64,000 nt of DNA from an uncultured bacterium. GTDB lineage: Bacteria > Bacteroidota > Ignavibacteria > Kapaibacteriales > UBA2268. Positions 41,153 to 51,965 of the stretch are shown in pieces. The notes under the pieces were generated by a model. That model was not told the DNA's origin. It ran no database searches and saw nothing but the letters and a program-made list of their open reading frames with translations. Every line of letters begins with the position of its first letter. The stretch's first letter is position 1. The translations under genes were made by a program, and so were the position numbers. The stretch is from assembly GCA_942490685.1 (NCBI GenBank), contig CALNXW010000016.1, positions 1,301,047 through 1,365,046 of the forward strand, written 5' to 3'.

Positions 41153-44100
41153 TTAGTCCCATACATCGTTATTATCCTTCAACATATTTCTGTCTACTCC
41201 GGATAAACTGCTATAATTACCGTTATTTGCTCTAATTTTGAAAGTTGAAACAAGTTCTGTCAAGTTTTGTGTCAGACCTGTCAGATCTTCAGAAGAATGT
41301 GCAATGCTTTCTATGCTTTGAGCAGACTCATTTGTTGCAATAGATATTGTGTTGATATTTTTTGATATCTCTTCACTTGTTGCAGCCTGTTCTTCAGAGG
41401 ATGCAGCAATTGAATTAACCATATCTAGTACATTTTTAGTACTATTTACAACTTCCTGAAGTGCAACTCCTGCATTGTCGGCCAAACTGATTCCTTCTGA
41501 TACTTCTTCGTTACCTTTATGCATAACGTGAACAGCTTCAGATGTTTCAGACTGAATACCTTTAATCATGTTAGATATTTGTTTTGTCGCTTCAGTAGTT
41601 CTTTCTGCAAGCTTTCTTACTTCATCTGCAACAACCGCAAATCCTCTACCCTGCTCACCTGCTCTTGCAGCCTCAATTGCTGCATTTAAAGCTAGCAAGT
41701 TTGTTTGATCTGCAATTTCTTCAATAACTGAAATAATTTCACCAATTTGTGTTGAGGATTCACCTAATCTTTCAATATTTTTAGCTGACTGATTTACAAC
41801 TTCAGCGATCTGGCGCATCTTATTAATTGTATTTTCAACTACCGATCCACCTTCTTCAGCAATTTTACCATTATTATTGGCAACACCGGCTGTTTGAGAT
41901 GCATTATTAGAGTTTTCAGTGATAGTTCTAGCCATCTCTTCCATAGCTGCAGCTACTTCATCTACTTGGCTGCTTTGCTCATGAGAAGCTGCAGAAATTG
42001 TTTCTGTTGTCTGAGAAATTGATATAGCAGCTTGTGCAACATTATTTGAAGCATCACTTATTTGATATACCAAATTATTTAGCGAATCAATCAAGCTATT
42101 AATACTTTCTTTCAATTTAGCATGATCACCTTTGTAAACTCCTGTCATCTCTTGAGTAAAGTCACCTTTAGACATTACTTCAAGCACGTTCATTGCTTCA
42201 TTGATTGGTTTTATAATAGAATCTAGTATTAGATTGATACCTTCTGTAATATCTTTCCAAGTACCAGGATATTTAGATATATCAATTCTTGATGATAATT
42301 TGCCTTCAACTGCAGCATTAGCAGTTAAAGCAATATCAGAAGTAACATTATTCATAAATTCAGAAACCTGATTGATATTTGAAGTCAGATCCTTAAATCC
42401 ACCTTTATATTTACTAACATCTAGCTGAACTAATTCTTTACCCGACGCGATGCTTTCAAAGTAATCCATTGACATATTCAATGGAGATACAAATGATTCG
42501 ATAACATCATTTAATCCTTTTACTACATTTTGGTATTCACCATCAAATACTGTGATATCTGCTCTTACTTCAAAGTTACCTTCTGCTGACTCTTTAGCAA
42601 CTCTAACAACTTCATTTGTAAGATTTATAATTGCATTTATCATCTTCATTGCAGCAGGACTTAACTCATCATAATTAGATTTCTGAGGAGTTTGTTCAAG
42701 TACTTGAAGTATAGCAAAATTACCTTCACTAATCTGCTTAAATCCCATAGTAATAGTTCTGAATGCATCGATGATTAGCGCTATAGATTCGCTAAGTCGT
42801 TTCCAATCGCCGTTATAGTCAAGTCTAGGAACATCTCGTAGATCATAAACTGCTACTCTTTCCAATAAATTGACAAATTCTGTAATCGGTGTAGCTGCAT
42901 TTTCAAGCATCGAATTGGCACCTTTTACGATATCCTGCCATCTACCTTCAAATTGAGAATCATCAGCTCTAAACTCTAACCTACCTTGATCAGCAGCATT
43001 AGAAAGCTTATCTAATTCACTTTGAAGTGCAAGTATATTCTCTCTGAACTTGTTAACTCGTTTTGTAGCAATTATACGCTGACCTTTCATATCTTCCATT
43101 TTTTCGTCAAAATTACCACGGCCATATTCGTCAATCACATCCAAAATTCTCAAAATACCTGTAATATGATCTTTAATTGTATCATTTATACCTTTAGCCA
43201 TTTCATTAAAGACACCCATAAATTTCTCTTCCTGCATCCAAATGTCTATTTGCCCTTCCATATGTTCATTAGACATATAAGACATATCTTTAACAAAGAA
43301 GTTTAGAGTGTCAATCATCGTATTAAGATTATTTTTAAGTTCGTTGAAATCACCTTTGTATTCATCCTCTATTCTTGGAGGAATATCTCCTTTAGAAATT
43401 CTGTCTACATATTCAGCACTAACATTCAACGGATGAATAACTGCATCTAATGTAAGATTTAGTCCGGATATCATGTCTTTATATGCGCCTTGATATTGTT
43501 CAGCATCTGCTCTTCTGTCTAGATTTCCTTGTTCCATTTGAGTACTTAGAATATTGATTTCTTCTATTATGTCAGTAAGATTTTTCTTTACTCTATCTAC
43601 ACTTTCATTAGCAATAGCTTGTTTGCCTGGGAACTTTCTAAGATTTTCAGAGAAATCACCATTTGAGTATTGACTCACGACATCAAGTATGTCTTTTATG
43701 GCATCTACATAAATTTTTACTGAAAGATTACTACCTTCTGCCATTTTAGCAAAAACGCCGTTGAATTTATTTACTTCAATGCTGTAATCGATATCACCAT
43801 TTTTATGCTCTTCGATAAATGACTCAACATTTTGCACATAATTCGATAAACTATCTATTAGAAGGTTAATGTTGTTTTTAATCTCATTAAAATCACCTCG
43901 ATAATCATCAGATATTTTAGCAGGTATATCACCTTTAGAGATTCTGTCAACATATTCTGCAGTCACATTCAGAGGTTTGATAATCTCATTAAGAGTACCG
44001 TTAAATCCATCGATAATCTCCGCATAAGACCCTGCATATTTAGAAGAATCTCCTCTTACATCAAGCTTGCCATTGGAAGCTGCATCCGTTAGTTTATTAA

Positions 44101-44908
44101 TATCAGTAGTCAAATTTGAGATATTGGCTTTCATAACGCCAAATGCCTTATAAAGTTGCCCTACCTCGTCTTTACTATCATTTGTAATTTCGAAGGTTAT
44201 ATCTCCACTGGAAACTTTATTTGCAAGATTTGCAAGCTCATTAAGTGGGGTGGCAACACTTTTTCTTACAACAAGTACTAAAATCCCAATTATTACAGCA
44301 ATAATAATTAGTATTGTAATAAATATTTCTGTTTTGAGTACTGACATCTGAACTTCAATATCATCGATATATAGTCCCGTACCAACATAGAAATCAAAAG
44401 GCTCATAATATGCCATATATGATAACTTAGGCTTTACTTCCATACTAGGAGGTTTTTCAAAATAGTATTCCACATAGCCCTCTTCACCACGTTCTATCAT
44501 TTCAATGGCATCTACTAAGAATACTTTACCGTTAACATCTTTGTATGTTTGAATATCTAAACCGTCTTTGTTTTTGTCAGCAGCGTGCATTAACATTACT
44601 TCCTTATTAAAAATAAAGAAATAATTAGTCTCATCGTATCTAATTGCTCTCATAGCATCATAAGATCTTTGGATTGCTTCCTCTTTAGAAAATTCTCCAT
44701 TGAGAGATTTTTGATGGTACTGATTAATTAAAGATACAGTGGTAGCAACTTCGTTTTTTAAGAAATACTTCTTTTCATTCATTAGATTTTCTTCTATTGA
44801 AGGAATGAGAAAAATCTGGAAGGATAATACTAGTAATCCTAACGAAAGCAATACAGGTATAAAAACCTTGTAGAAAATAGGTAAATTTTTGTAGCTAATC
44901 TTTCCCAT
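41153..44908 (-). CDS. Giant methyl-accepting chemotaxis protein, copy 2, with a divergent sCache_2 sensor. Start probably the second Met, MGKISYKN.
   Basis: Same architecture as copy 1. The C-terminal ~415 aa and a ~350-aa HAMP-array block are identical to copy 1. The sensor and one middle block are ~55-65% identical. Confidence 0.9.
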   Translation of the reverse strand: MGKISYKNLPIFYKVFIPVLLSLGLLVLSFQIFLIPSIEENLMNEKKYFLKNEVATTVSLINQYHQKSLNGEFSKEEAIQRSYDAMRAIRYDETNYFFIFNKEVMLMHAADKNKDGLDIQTYKDVNGKVFLVDAIEMIERGEEGYVEYYFEKPPSMEVKPKLSYMAYYEPFDFYVGTGLYIDDIEVQMSVLKTEIFITILIIIAVIIGILVLVVRKSVATPLNELANLANKVSSGDITFEITNDSKDEVGQLYKAFGVMKANISNLTTDINKLTDAASNGKLDVRGDSSKYAGSYAEIIDGFNGTLNEIIKPLNVTAEYVDRISKGDIPAKISDDYRGDFNEIKNNINLLIDSLSNYVQNVESFIEEHKNGDIDYSIEVNKFNGVFAKMAEGSNLSVKIYVDAIKDILDVVSQYSNGDFSENLRKFPGKQAIANESVDRVKKNLTDIIEEINILSTQMEQGNLDRRADAEQYQGAYKDMISGLNLTLDAVIHPLNVSAEYVDRISKGDIPPRIEDEYKGDFNELKNNLNTMIDTLNFFVKDMSYMSNEHMEGQIDIWMQEEKFMGVFNEMAKGINDTIKDHITGILRILDVIDEYGRGNFDEKMEDMKGQRIIATKRVNKFRENILALQSELDKLSNAADQGRLEFRADDSQFEGRWQDIVKGANSMLENAATPITEFVNLLERVAVYDLRDVPRLDYNGDWKRLSESIALIIDAFRTITMGFKQISEGNFAILQVLEQTPQKSNYDELSPAAMKMINAIINLTNEVVRVAKESAEGNFEVRADITVFDGEYQNVVKGLNDVIESFVSPLNMSMDYFESIASGKELVQLDVSKYKGGFKDLTSNINQVSEFMNNVTSDIALTANAAVEGKLSSRIDISKYPGTWKDITEGINLILDSIIKPINEAMNVLEVMSKGDFTQEMTGVYKGDHAKLKESINSLIDSLNNLVYQISDASNNVAQAAISISQTTETISAASHEQSSQVDEVAAAMEEMARTITENSNNASQTAGVANNNGKIAEEGGSVVENTINKMRQIAEVVNQSAKNIERLGESSTQIGEIISVIEEIADQTNLLALNAAIEAARAGEQGRGFAVVADEVRKLAERTTEATKQISNMIKGIQSETSEAVHVMHKGNEEVSEGISLADNAGVALQEVVNSTKNVLDMVNSIAASSEEQAATSEEISKNINTISIATNESAQSIESIAHSSEDLTGLTQNLTELVSTFKIRANNGNYSSLSGVDRNMLKDNNDVWD

Positions 44909-44997
44909 AAGATCCCCTCTCATAAAATAGTTTGTATGTTAATATGAATATAAAAGCGAATGAAAGATACTTTTATTGCGGAAATTTGCAAAAAATA

Positions 44998-45030
44998 AAG
45001 ACTCAGGCATTTTCAGAGCAATGAGTCTTT
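44998..45030 (-). terminator. Rho-independent terminator downstream of xth.
   Basis: aaagactca/tgagtcttt stem with a T-rich tract on the minus strand. Confidence 0.65.
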
Positions 45031-45067
45031 ATTTTGAAGAGTTGTGTATATTCTTTTGGAGTAATTT

Positions 45068-45871
45068 TTATTTTAACTCAATTATTATCGGGCAATGATC
45101 AGAGCCTTTAGCTTCAGGATGATGATAAGAATTTACTACTTTTTCTTTTAGTCCAGGGGTTATCATATGGTAATCGATTCTCCAGCCAACATTATTTTCT
45201 CTGGCTCTACCACGGTTGCTCCACCAAGTATACTGATCGCCTTCCTGATTGAACATCCTAAAACTATCAATATATCCGTTTTCAATCATCCAATCAATTT
45301 TTACTCTTTCTTCCGGTAGAAAACCTGAGTTTTTTTCATTCTCTTTAGGTCTTGCCAAATCAATAGGCATGTGTGCTGTATTATAGTCACCGCAGATAAT
45401 TAACTCTTTACCCTGCTTCCTCAGATCTTCGAAATGTGCAAAAACAGCATCGTAAAACTCTAACTTAAAATCCACTCTCTCTTGGCCTGATGTACCATTA
45501 GGGAAATAGATATTAAATAGTACAAACTCTTCAAATTCAGTAGCAATGATTCTACCTTCTTCGTCAAACTTTTCTATTCCAATATCAGTATATACGTTTA
45601 TAGGCTTTTGTTTAGAGTATGTTACGACTCCACTATAACCTTTTTTTCTTCTGCAGGAATGGAAATATCCATTATAACCTTCAGGATATCTCAAGTCTTC
45701 ATTAATTTGATCTGGTTCTGATTTTGTTTCCTGTATACAGATTATATCAGGGTTTTCTTCTTCTATATATTGATGGAGATAGTTCTTCTTATAAGTTTTG
45801 CCAAATTTTGTTCTGGCGTTTTGACCAATAACTGATCTGATTCCATTCACATTCCAACTGATAATCTTCAT
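45068..45871 (-). CDS. xth: Exodeoxyribonuclease III (AP endonuclease).
   Basis: MKIISWNVNGIRSV N-terminus and EEP-fold motifs. 267 aa. Confidence 0.9.
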   Translation of the reverse strand: MKIISWNVNGIRSVIGQNARTKFGKTYKKNYLHQYIEEENPDIICIQETKSEPDQINEDLRYPEGYNGYFHSCRRKKGYSGVVTYSKQKPINVYTDIGIEKFDEEGRIIATEFEEFVLFNIYFPNGTSGQERVDFKLEFYDAVFAHFEDLRKQGKELIICGDYNTAHMPIDLARPKENEKNSGFLPEERVKIDWMIENGYIDSFRMFNQEGDQYTWWSNRGRARENNVGWRIDYHMITPGLKEKVVNSYHHPEAKGSDHCPIIIELK

Positions 45872-45883
45872 TCTTATATCCCT

Positions 45884-46543
45884 CTAAAATAAAGTAATAT
45901 CTATGTTTTTTATAAGCTCTTCAGAGTTTACAGAAGCATTGTTGATCATATCTGACACTCTATATGCATCAAGTTCCATACTCGAATATGGGGCAAAAAT
46001 ATTTGACTGTAAAAGATTTTCTTTAGTGCCATTTAACCACACATCAAAATACTCTTTTGACAAAATTACCGGCATACGGTTATGAATTCTTTTAACTATG
46101 TCATTTGGACTAGTAGTTAAAATTGACACAGTTTTTATGTTCTGATTATCAATTTCAACGCTATCACAAATCCCGGCCAAATACATTGTATTTTCATTTT
46201 TTAGTCTAATATAATATGGTATTTTTTTACTACTTTTTTTCTGCCATTCATAAAATCCTGTAACAGGAATCAAACATCTATCTAAGAATGCTTTTCTAAA
46301 ACTTGGCTTTTCATGTGCAGTTTCAGAACGTGCATTATAAAGCTTGTTTCCAATACTTAAATCTTTGGACCAATGCGGTATAAGTCCCCACTTAAGATTT
46401 TCAACTTCATATTTGCTGTTTAAAGTACTTATAATCATACCGGGAGATATATTATAAGATATTTTTAAAGTATTATCTCTGTCAATAATCTGTATATCTT
46501 CTTCTTTATTTATTTTAGGGGCATAGGCAAATCTACCGCACAT
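45884..46543 (-). CDS. SOS-response-associated peptidase (SRAP/YedK family; abasic-site DNA-protein crosslink protein).
   Basis: Diagnostic MCGRF N-terminus (catalytic Cys2). 219 aa. Confidence 0.85.
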   Translation of the reverse strand: MCGRFAYAPKINKEEDIQIIDRDNTLKISYNISPGMIISTLNSKYEVENLKWGLIPHWSKDLSIGNKLYNARSETAHEKPSFRKAFLDRCLIPVTGFYEWQKKSSKKIPYYIRLKNENTMYLAGICDSVEIDNQNIKTVSILTTSPNDIVKRIHNRMPVILSKEYFDVWLNGTKENLLQSNIFAPYSSMELDAYRVSDMINNASVNSEELIKNIDITLF

Positions 46544-47550
46544 ATGTACTCCGAATGTATCCTAAAATCAGCGAGTTTGGATATAGATATTTTACCATCT
46601 TCAACATAATTAGATAAATCAATAAAGTCATTTTTAAACGAACTATATGTATCAACACCAATATGGGAATCCAACTTCAGAAAAGAATGTAATAAGCACA
46701 AATTTTTAATTCCTAAACTCGATTCAAAAGCTGAGCTCAAAACGATCTCAGTACCATTGGCATTTAGATATTTTATTTTTTCAACATAATTCTTTTGTAT
46801 TGTAGGTTTAATCACAGCAAAAGGTAATTTTAGATCTGTTCGTTTATAGAATATATCAAGTGATTCATCGAGAGCAATCGGAATTCTTTCTTCTTTAAGC
46901 GCGATTTCTAACTCTTTTTCTTTTGCGAGTGGATCTTCAAAATATAAAAGCTGCTTTGAACATATAACTTCCGCAAATGAATAAAATTGATTATATGTCC
47001 ATGATCTATTTGGGTCAAAAATGTATTTAATCTGTTTTTGTTCTTTAAACTTAAATCTCTTCCAAAACTCTAACTCTTCTGAAAAGTCTTTTCTCCCAAG
47101 CTTTATTTTAAAGATTCTATATCCCTCATTATATTTTATTTCTAGTTGTTGTTCCACTTCAGCAAGTGAACAATTTATCAGAGCATTTACTTCAATATCT
47201 TTTCTTCTGCTTTGACTGGAATTATCTTCTATTAGACAGGATTTTAAGCAGTGCTCCACAGATGCAACTAATTCATTATTACTACAAATATTGTCTATAG
47301 AATACTCTAAGTCTTTTCCTTTGTATTTATTCAATAGATCGTATATTTCTAACATCTGTTCTTGTGCATCTTGGAAACTTTCAATGCTGTAATTAAGAAG
47401 TGGAGAACAATCACCTGCTTTCATACCCTCATCAGTCTTTATCAATAGCAAAAAACCTTTCTTTTGATTTAAAACAGAGTTTATCATGTTGAAAGGTTTT
47501 TTAAAAGCCAAAGAGTAATATTTTATATAAACGTCTTCAATTTTACTCAT
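46510..47550 (-). CDS. Enolase-superfamily protein, MenC / L-Ala-D/L-Glu-epimerase-like.
   Basis: Candidate catalytic residues in order: FKIKLG (KxK), IFDPNRSW (D), YFEDPL (E), ALDESL (D), VIKPT (K). 3' end overlaps the SRAP start by 34 nt. Confidence 0.6.
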   Translation of the reverse strand: MSKIEDVYIKYYSLAFKKPFNMINSVLNQKKGFLLLIKTDEGMKAGDCSPLLNYSIESFQDAQEQMLEIYDLLNKYKGKDLEYSIDNICSNNELVASVEHCLKSCLIEDNSSQSRRKDIEVNALINCSLAEVEQQLEIKYNEGYRIFKIKLGRKDFSEELEFWKRFKFKEQKQIKYIFDPNRSWTYNQFYSFAEVICSKQLLYFEDPLAKEKELEIALKEERIPIALDESLDIFYKRTDLKLPFAVIKPTIQKNYVEKIKYLNANGTEIVLSSAFESSLGIKNLCLLHSFLKLDSHIGVDTYSSFKNDFIDLSNYVEDGKISISKLADFRIHSEYICAVDLPMPLK

Positions 47551-47932
47551 TTTTATGTTCAGCCATTGTTATGATATAGCCATTTAAATCTTTGAATATA
47601 AATTCTTTTGTATTATAAAATGTTTCGTATGGTTTTTTGATAATATTGATTTTGTCTTTCACCGCCTCCCATATTTCATCAATTCCTTCAATACTGATAA
47701 AGAAACTCATGGAAGCACCGATCTTTATATCTTTAAATTCAGGCATCTCTTCAGCAATACTATCTCTATTCTGAAGCATTAAAGTAACTTGATCTTTTTG
47801 CAACATTGCCCAAATCTTTTCACCTTCTTCGGGTACTGACATAGTTAGTTCAAATCCAAATATGTCCGTGTAATACTTTATTGTATTATCGACAGACTCA
47901 ACCATTACATTTGGTACTAAACTTTTAAACAT
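47543..47932 (-). CDS. VOC/glyoxalase-family protein.
   Basis: MFKSLVPNVMVESVDNTIKYYTDIFGFEL betaalphabetabetabeta module pattern. Internal Met start chosen over the track start at 48007. Confidence 0.6.
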   Translation of the reverse strand: MFKSLVPNVMVESVDNTIKYYTDIFGFELTMSVPEEGEKIWAMLQKDQVTLMLQNRDSIAEEMPEFKDIKIGASMSFFISIEGIDEIWEAVKDKINIIKKPYETFYNTKEFIFKDLNGYIITMAEHKNE

Positions 47933-49181
47933 TATTTTCTTCCTTATAAAATGCAACGGATGCGAAAGTAACTGCTGAAAGAGTTTCAACTTCGTTCCAT
48001 TGACCATAATTTAAGACTCTACCTTTTGAATCATTTAGTATTTGCATTAATAGATAAATTGGTGAAGTTCCACAAATTTTCCATTTATCTCTATCTTGAC
48101 TGATTTTACTAAAAAATTCCTTCGATTTACCTGAAGATATAAAATCTAATAATTTTTTATCTTCAGTTTTGACAGTATCAAGGTAAAATTCAGCATTAAA
48201 ATCATCACCAAATTTTCTTCCTATATGGGCAAAATCTACACTTGCTACAAAAAGTGCTTTTTTTCCAAATAAAGATTCTACTTCTGATACTTTTTTAATA
48301 AAGTTAATTAAATCAGAATTATTAGCAGGATCACCATTTACAGCAATATAATCATGTAATGAGCCTGCTAAAACAGGAATAAATGATATATCTTTATTTT
48401 CAAAAAGTTTCTGTAAAAGGACAATCTGAAGTTCAACAGAATGTTCCGATAAATGAGCAATTTCATCTATGTTAGCAATTTCTGACGGAGTATCTGCTAA
48501 TAAATAATCCACTACATCTTTATTTGTAACTGCTTCTCCCAATGGGGTAAGATAATTTTTATTAGTAAGCATAAAGTAAGAGCTAGAATATCTATGACTT
48601 GTCCCAAGCACAAACACGATATCCGGATTTGTTTCTTTGATAGCATGATATGCTGAAGCATATACTTTATTAGCTTCATTTCCGATTCGAAAATCTATAT
48701 GAGGAGCTATTATAGCATTAGCGTTCTGAGGATATCCATCTTCAAAAGGCGTCGCAAAAATAGATTCGATTTCATTTTTTAATATCTCTTTTTCAGCTGA
48801 GTATGAAGATCCTGCACATACTGGCAACCTAGTTTTCCCTGAAGTTAACTCAGCATAAAATTTTTCTTTAAAAGAAAAGTACTCTTTGGTTTGAAAGAAA
48901 CCTCTTTCTATCAACTCTTCGATTGGTTTCTTTATGTTTTCCAAAGGAATATTGCTATTAATGTTTTGAACAACCCAACTGTGAAGTTCCTCAAATGAGA
49001 TTTTACCGTCAATTTGCTGTAATATGACTAACAACATTTCTCCGAAGACTGCAGGTTCTTTTGCAAAACCAATTTCATCAGACAAAACTATATGATTTAT
49101 GCCTTCAATTACAGTAGTATCTACATTTAAATCTTCTCTAATAGCGGGTATAATATCTTTATTTATCATGTTTTTGCTCAA
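47925..49181 (-). CDS. MEMO1-family protein (AmmeMemoRadiSam system protein B-like) with a ~130-aa N-terminal extension.
   Basis: Blocks align to human Memo1. NAIIAPHIDFRIG matches AIIAPHAGYTYCG. VFVLGTSHRY matches IFILGPSHHV. IPVLAGSL matches IPVLVGAL. VASVDFAHIG matches VVSSDFCHWG. KICGTSPIYLL matches TICGRHPIGVL. Confidence 0.75.
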   Translation of the reverse strand: MSKNMINKDIIPAIREDLNVDTTVIEGINHIVLSDEIGFAKEPAVFGEMLLVILQQIDGKISFEELHSWVVQNINSNIPLENIKKPIEELIERGFFQTKEYFSFKEKFYAELTSGKTRLPVCAGSSYSAEKEILKNEIESIFATPFEDGYPQNANAIIAPHIDFRIGNEANKVYASAYHAIKETNPDIVFVLGTSHRYSSSYFMLTNKNYLTPLGEAVTNKDVVDYLLADTPSEIANIDEIAHLSEHSVELQIVLLQKLFENKDISFIPVLAGSLHDYIAVNGDPANNSDLINFIKKVSEVESLFGKKALFVASVDFAHIGRKFGDDFNAEFYLDTVKTEDKKLLDFISSGKSKEFFSKISQDRDKWKICGTSPIYLLMQILNDSKGRVLNYGQWNEVETLSAVTFASVAFYKEENNV

Positions 49182-49407
49182 TTTCTTGCAGCTTATTCAA
49201 GTACTTGTTTTTTATATTATTTACATACCATATGAAAAATATATTTGCAACTATCATTGCAATCGCTGCTACTAAATACCATAATTCTCCGATCACAGAA
49301 TAAGCAACAATGAATAAGATAATTGAAACAGAAAAGGCAAGAGTTACTATTATTTGAGATCTTTTTATATTAGATAATATTCTTTGGGTTACTTCATTAT
49401 CAATCAT
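49159..49407 (-). CDS. Small two-TM membrane protein (hypothetical).
   Basis: 82-aa ORF overlapping both neighbours (4 nt with dapD, 23 nt with the Memo-like gene), consistent with operon membership. Confidence 0.35.
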   Translation of the reverse strand: MIDNEVTQRILSNIKRSQIIVTLAFSVSIILFIVAYSVIGELWYLVAAIAMIVANIFFIWYVNNIKNKYLNKLQEIEQKHDK

Positions 49408-50228
49408 CGTAGATCCTCTGTTAGTGCAGTTCTGGCGTCTGTTTTTTCATCTCTGTATTTAATAATTATTGGCGATGCAATTGACAAGCCGTGCTCTTTT
49501 GCAAATGGATTATTGATTGTTCTGCTTCCCGGAATTACTACTGCATTTTCAGGTATTTCAAGTGGTTTTTCAGGAGTTGATTGTAAAATAGTACCATTTA
49601 CAATGTCATAAACTTTAGTGGATGCCGTCAAAATTACCCCAGAACCTAAGACAACTCTTTTTCTGAGCATAACTCCTTCGTAAACACCGCAATTTCCACC
49701 AATCATTACATTGTCTTCCACAATAACTGGTCTTGCACCTGCGGGTTCCAATACTCCACCAATCTGAGCAGCTGCACTTATATGTACATTTTTGCCAATT
49801 TGTGCGCAAGTACCAACTAATGCGTGAGAATCTACCATAGTTCCACTATCTACATAAGCTCCAATGTTTATATACATAGGAGGCATACAAATCACTCCAG
49901 GTGCAATATAAGAACCTGTTCGGATTGTTGAACCACCAGGAACAATTCGCACTCCGTCTTTCAAATCTAAAGGTTTTACAGGAAGGGTATCTTTGTCAAA
50001 AAATCTAAAATTATGAATATGAGACATATTTGTCATAGTACTGTGTTTAAAAAGCTGCAAAATACCCTTTTTAACCCACTGATTTACTTCCCAATTGCCG
50101 TCTTCGCTTTGTTCAGCAGACCTTATAGAGCCATTATTTAGACCATCAACAAAATCTTTTAATATTTTTCCGATTTCTCTTTTATTAGTGATTTCGTTAT
50201 TTATCAGCTGTAGTATTTTTTGTTCCAT
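49404..50228 (-). CDS. dapD: 2,3,4,5-tetrahydropyridine-2,6-dicarboxylate N-succinyltransferase.
   Basis: Left-handed beta-helix hexapeptide repeats and the N-terminal DapD domain. 274 aa. Confidence 0.85.
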   Translation of the reverse strand: MEQKILQLINNEITNKREIGKILKDFVDGLNNGSIRSAEQSEDGNWEVNQWVKKGILQLFKHSTMTNMSHIHNFRFFDKDTLPVKPLDLKDGVRIVPGGSTIRTGSYIAPGVICMPPMYINIGAYVDSGTMVDSHALVGTCAQIGKNVHISAAAQIGGVLEPAGARPVIVEDNVMIGGNCGVYEGVMLRKRVVLGSGVILTASTKVYDIVNGTILQSTPEKPLEIPENAVVIPGSRTINNPFAKEHGLSIASPIIIKYRDEKTDARTALTEDLR

Positions 50229-50276
50229 TTTAATTCTCTATTTGTATAATTCTCAATAATACTATTATACAAAATA

Positions 50277-51818
50277 TTAGTTAATTTTGCGAAATACTTT
50301 GAATTCAATTCTTCTATTTAAGGCTCTTCCCCATTGAGATGAATTAGAAACTACAGGTCTTGCAGATCCGTAACCTTGATGAGTAATTCTATGTTCTTCA
50401 ATTCCTGCTTTAACAAGTATTTCTTTTGCTTCTTCTGCTCTTTGTTTAGAAAGTTCTAAATTACTGGATTCTGAGCCTATATTATCTGTAAATCCACTAA
50501 TTTCGACTACTACGTCTTTTGTTTCAAGCAAAAACTTTGTCAAATAGTTAATCTCCTTCATGCCGTCATCTGTTATTTTAGATTTTGCGGTTTGAAAGAA
50601 TATATTCCTTAGGCAAATTAAAGAATCACTTTTAGGGACAAGCTGGATAGGGACATCAAATTCTTCGTACTCTTCCAAATCAACCAGATCAACTTTTTTA
50701 TTATTCTTTAAATAGCCGTCAGATCTGGCAACAAATGAATATGTAAGCCCAGCAGGCAGTGTTTGAGCATAGTTACCATCTGTTTTATTACTTATAGACT
50801 TACCTATAACTGTCTCATTATGATATTCTTGAAAGGTAATTTCAGCATTTAAAGGTGCACCTGATTTGTAAGAAGTTATTTGACCTTTAACTAATAGTAC
50901 TGGTTTTGGTCTTGCGTTTTTAGGAAGAAATATTTTAACAATATCCATATCGCCTCTGATTGAATTTCTTCTAGTCAAGAAAGCTGATTTCCCGGAAGCA
51001 TCTATTTTAAAAAATGCATCCCAATCTTTAGTATTTATTTCTTTACCCAAATTATGAGGCTTTGACCAGTTCTGCCAAGAGTCATCTAATCTCCGAGCCA
51101 TATAAATATCTGCAGAACCATACCCATTGTGGCCTTCAGAAGAGAAGTAGATGGTTTCACCATCAGAGGCAAGAAATGGTGATATTTCGTCTTCAGCTGT
51201 ATTAACATCACTTCCAAGATTTAAGGGTTCAGACCATATTCCACTTTCTTCTAAAAAACTAACATACAGATCTTTTTTACCTTTAGTATCTTCTCTCTCT
51301 ATTGTCATTAGCAAATACTTCCCATTATTTGACAGATAGAATCCGGCATAGCCTTTTTTATTATAGTAATTTTTTATAATCTGATTTTCCGGGTACGACC
51401 AACCATTATCTGTTTTGTGGGAAATAGCAACACCTTCTCTAATCTTTCTATCGTTTTTAGTAGGATAGACAGTACCCAAAAGAAGTGTATTGCCGTCAGG
51501 AGAAACAGAGCTAACAAAATTATTCATTGAGTTATTTAATGGTCTGCCAATATTTTTTGGCTGGCTCCATTCACCCTTTTTGTTCTTTACTACATAATAG
51601 ATTTCATCAGATTTATTAGAGTCGTTGCAAAATATTTTGCAGTAATATAAAGTATTTCCATCTGGTGAAATAACCGGACTAGTTTCATCACATTCAGTAT
51701 TTATAACTTTCTCAACACTATCAGCTATAATTGGAGATATTGCAAATATCATAGATAACAATATAAATATGCCTTTCAACATTGCCTTTTTTCCTAAGTC
51801 TTTTTTATATTTTGTCAT
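50277..51818 (-). CDS. TolB-like (PD40 beta-propeller) / OmpA-family outer-membrane protein.
   Basis: Signal peptide, repeated SPDG..L/Y PD40-like segments, and a C-terminal OmpA domain FTDNIGSESSNLELSKQRAEEAKEIL...NRRIEFKV. Confidence 0.75.
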   Translation of the reverse strand: MTKYKKDLGKKAMLKGIFILLSMIFAISPIIADSVEKVINTECDETSPVISPDGNTLYYCKIFCNDSNKSDEIYYVVKNKKGEWSQPKNIGRPLNNSMNNFVSSVSPDGNTLLLGTVYPTKNDRKIREGVAISHKTDNGWSYPENQIIKNYYNKKGYAGFYLSNNGKYLLMTIEREDTKGKKDLYVSFLEESGIWSEPLNLGSDVNTAEDEISPFLASDGETIYFSSEGHNGYGSADIYMARRLDDSWQNWSKPHNLGKEINTKDWDAFFKIDASGKSAFLTRRNSIRGDMDIVKIFLPKNARPKPVLLVKGQITSYKSGAPLNAEITFQEYHNETVIGKSISNKTDGNYAQTLPAGLTYSFVARSDGYLKNNKKVDLVDLEEYEEFDVPIQLVPKSDSLICLRNIFFQTAKSKITDDGMKEINYLTKFLLETKDVVVEISGFTDNIGSESSNLELSKQRAEEAKEILVKAGIEEHRITHQGYGSARPVVSNSSQWGRALNRRIEFKVFRKIN

Positions 51819-51965
51819 ATACAGAACCGCAAAAATGCGAATTTATTTTGTTAATCATATCAGAATAAATACCTATAAGTCTAAAGAATCAGTATTTTTT
51901 TGAACTTGAGTTTTTTTTACTAAATTGTACTTTATCTTAATACAGTAATATTCACGAGGTAAACA

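Noticed and set aside
37192-44923. Possibility that the long repeated blocks represent a CRISPR array or mobile element.
   Set aside because: The repeats are ~1-kb coding segments of two paralogous MCP genes, not short spacer-separated repeats. No transposase, integrase or terminal inverted repeats flank them.
47543-48007. Full-length 154-aa VOC ORF starting at 48007.
   Set aside because: The first 25 codons overlap the upstream Memo-like gene by 83 nt and are not part of the VOC fold. The internal Met at 47932 gives an 8-nt overlap and a typical ~130-aa VOC protein.
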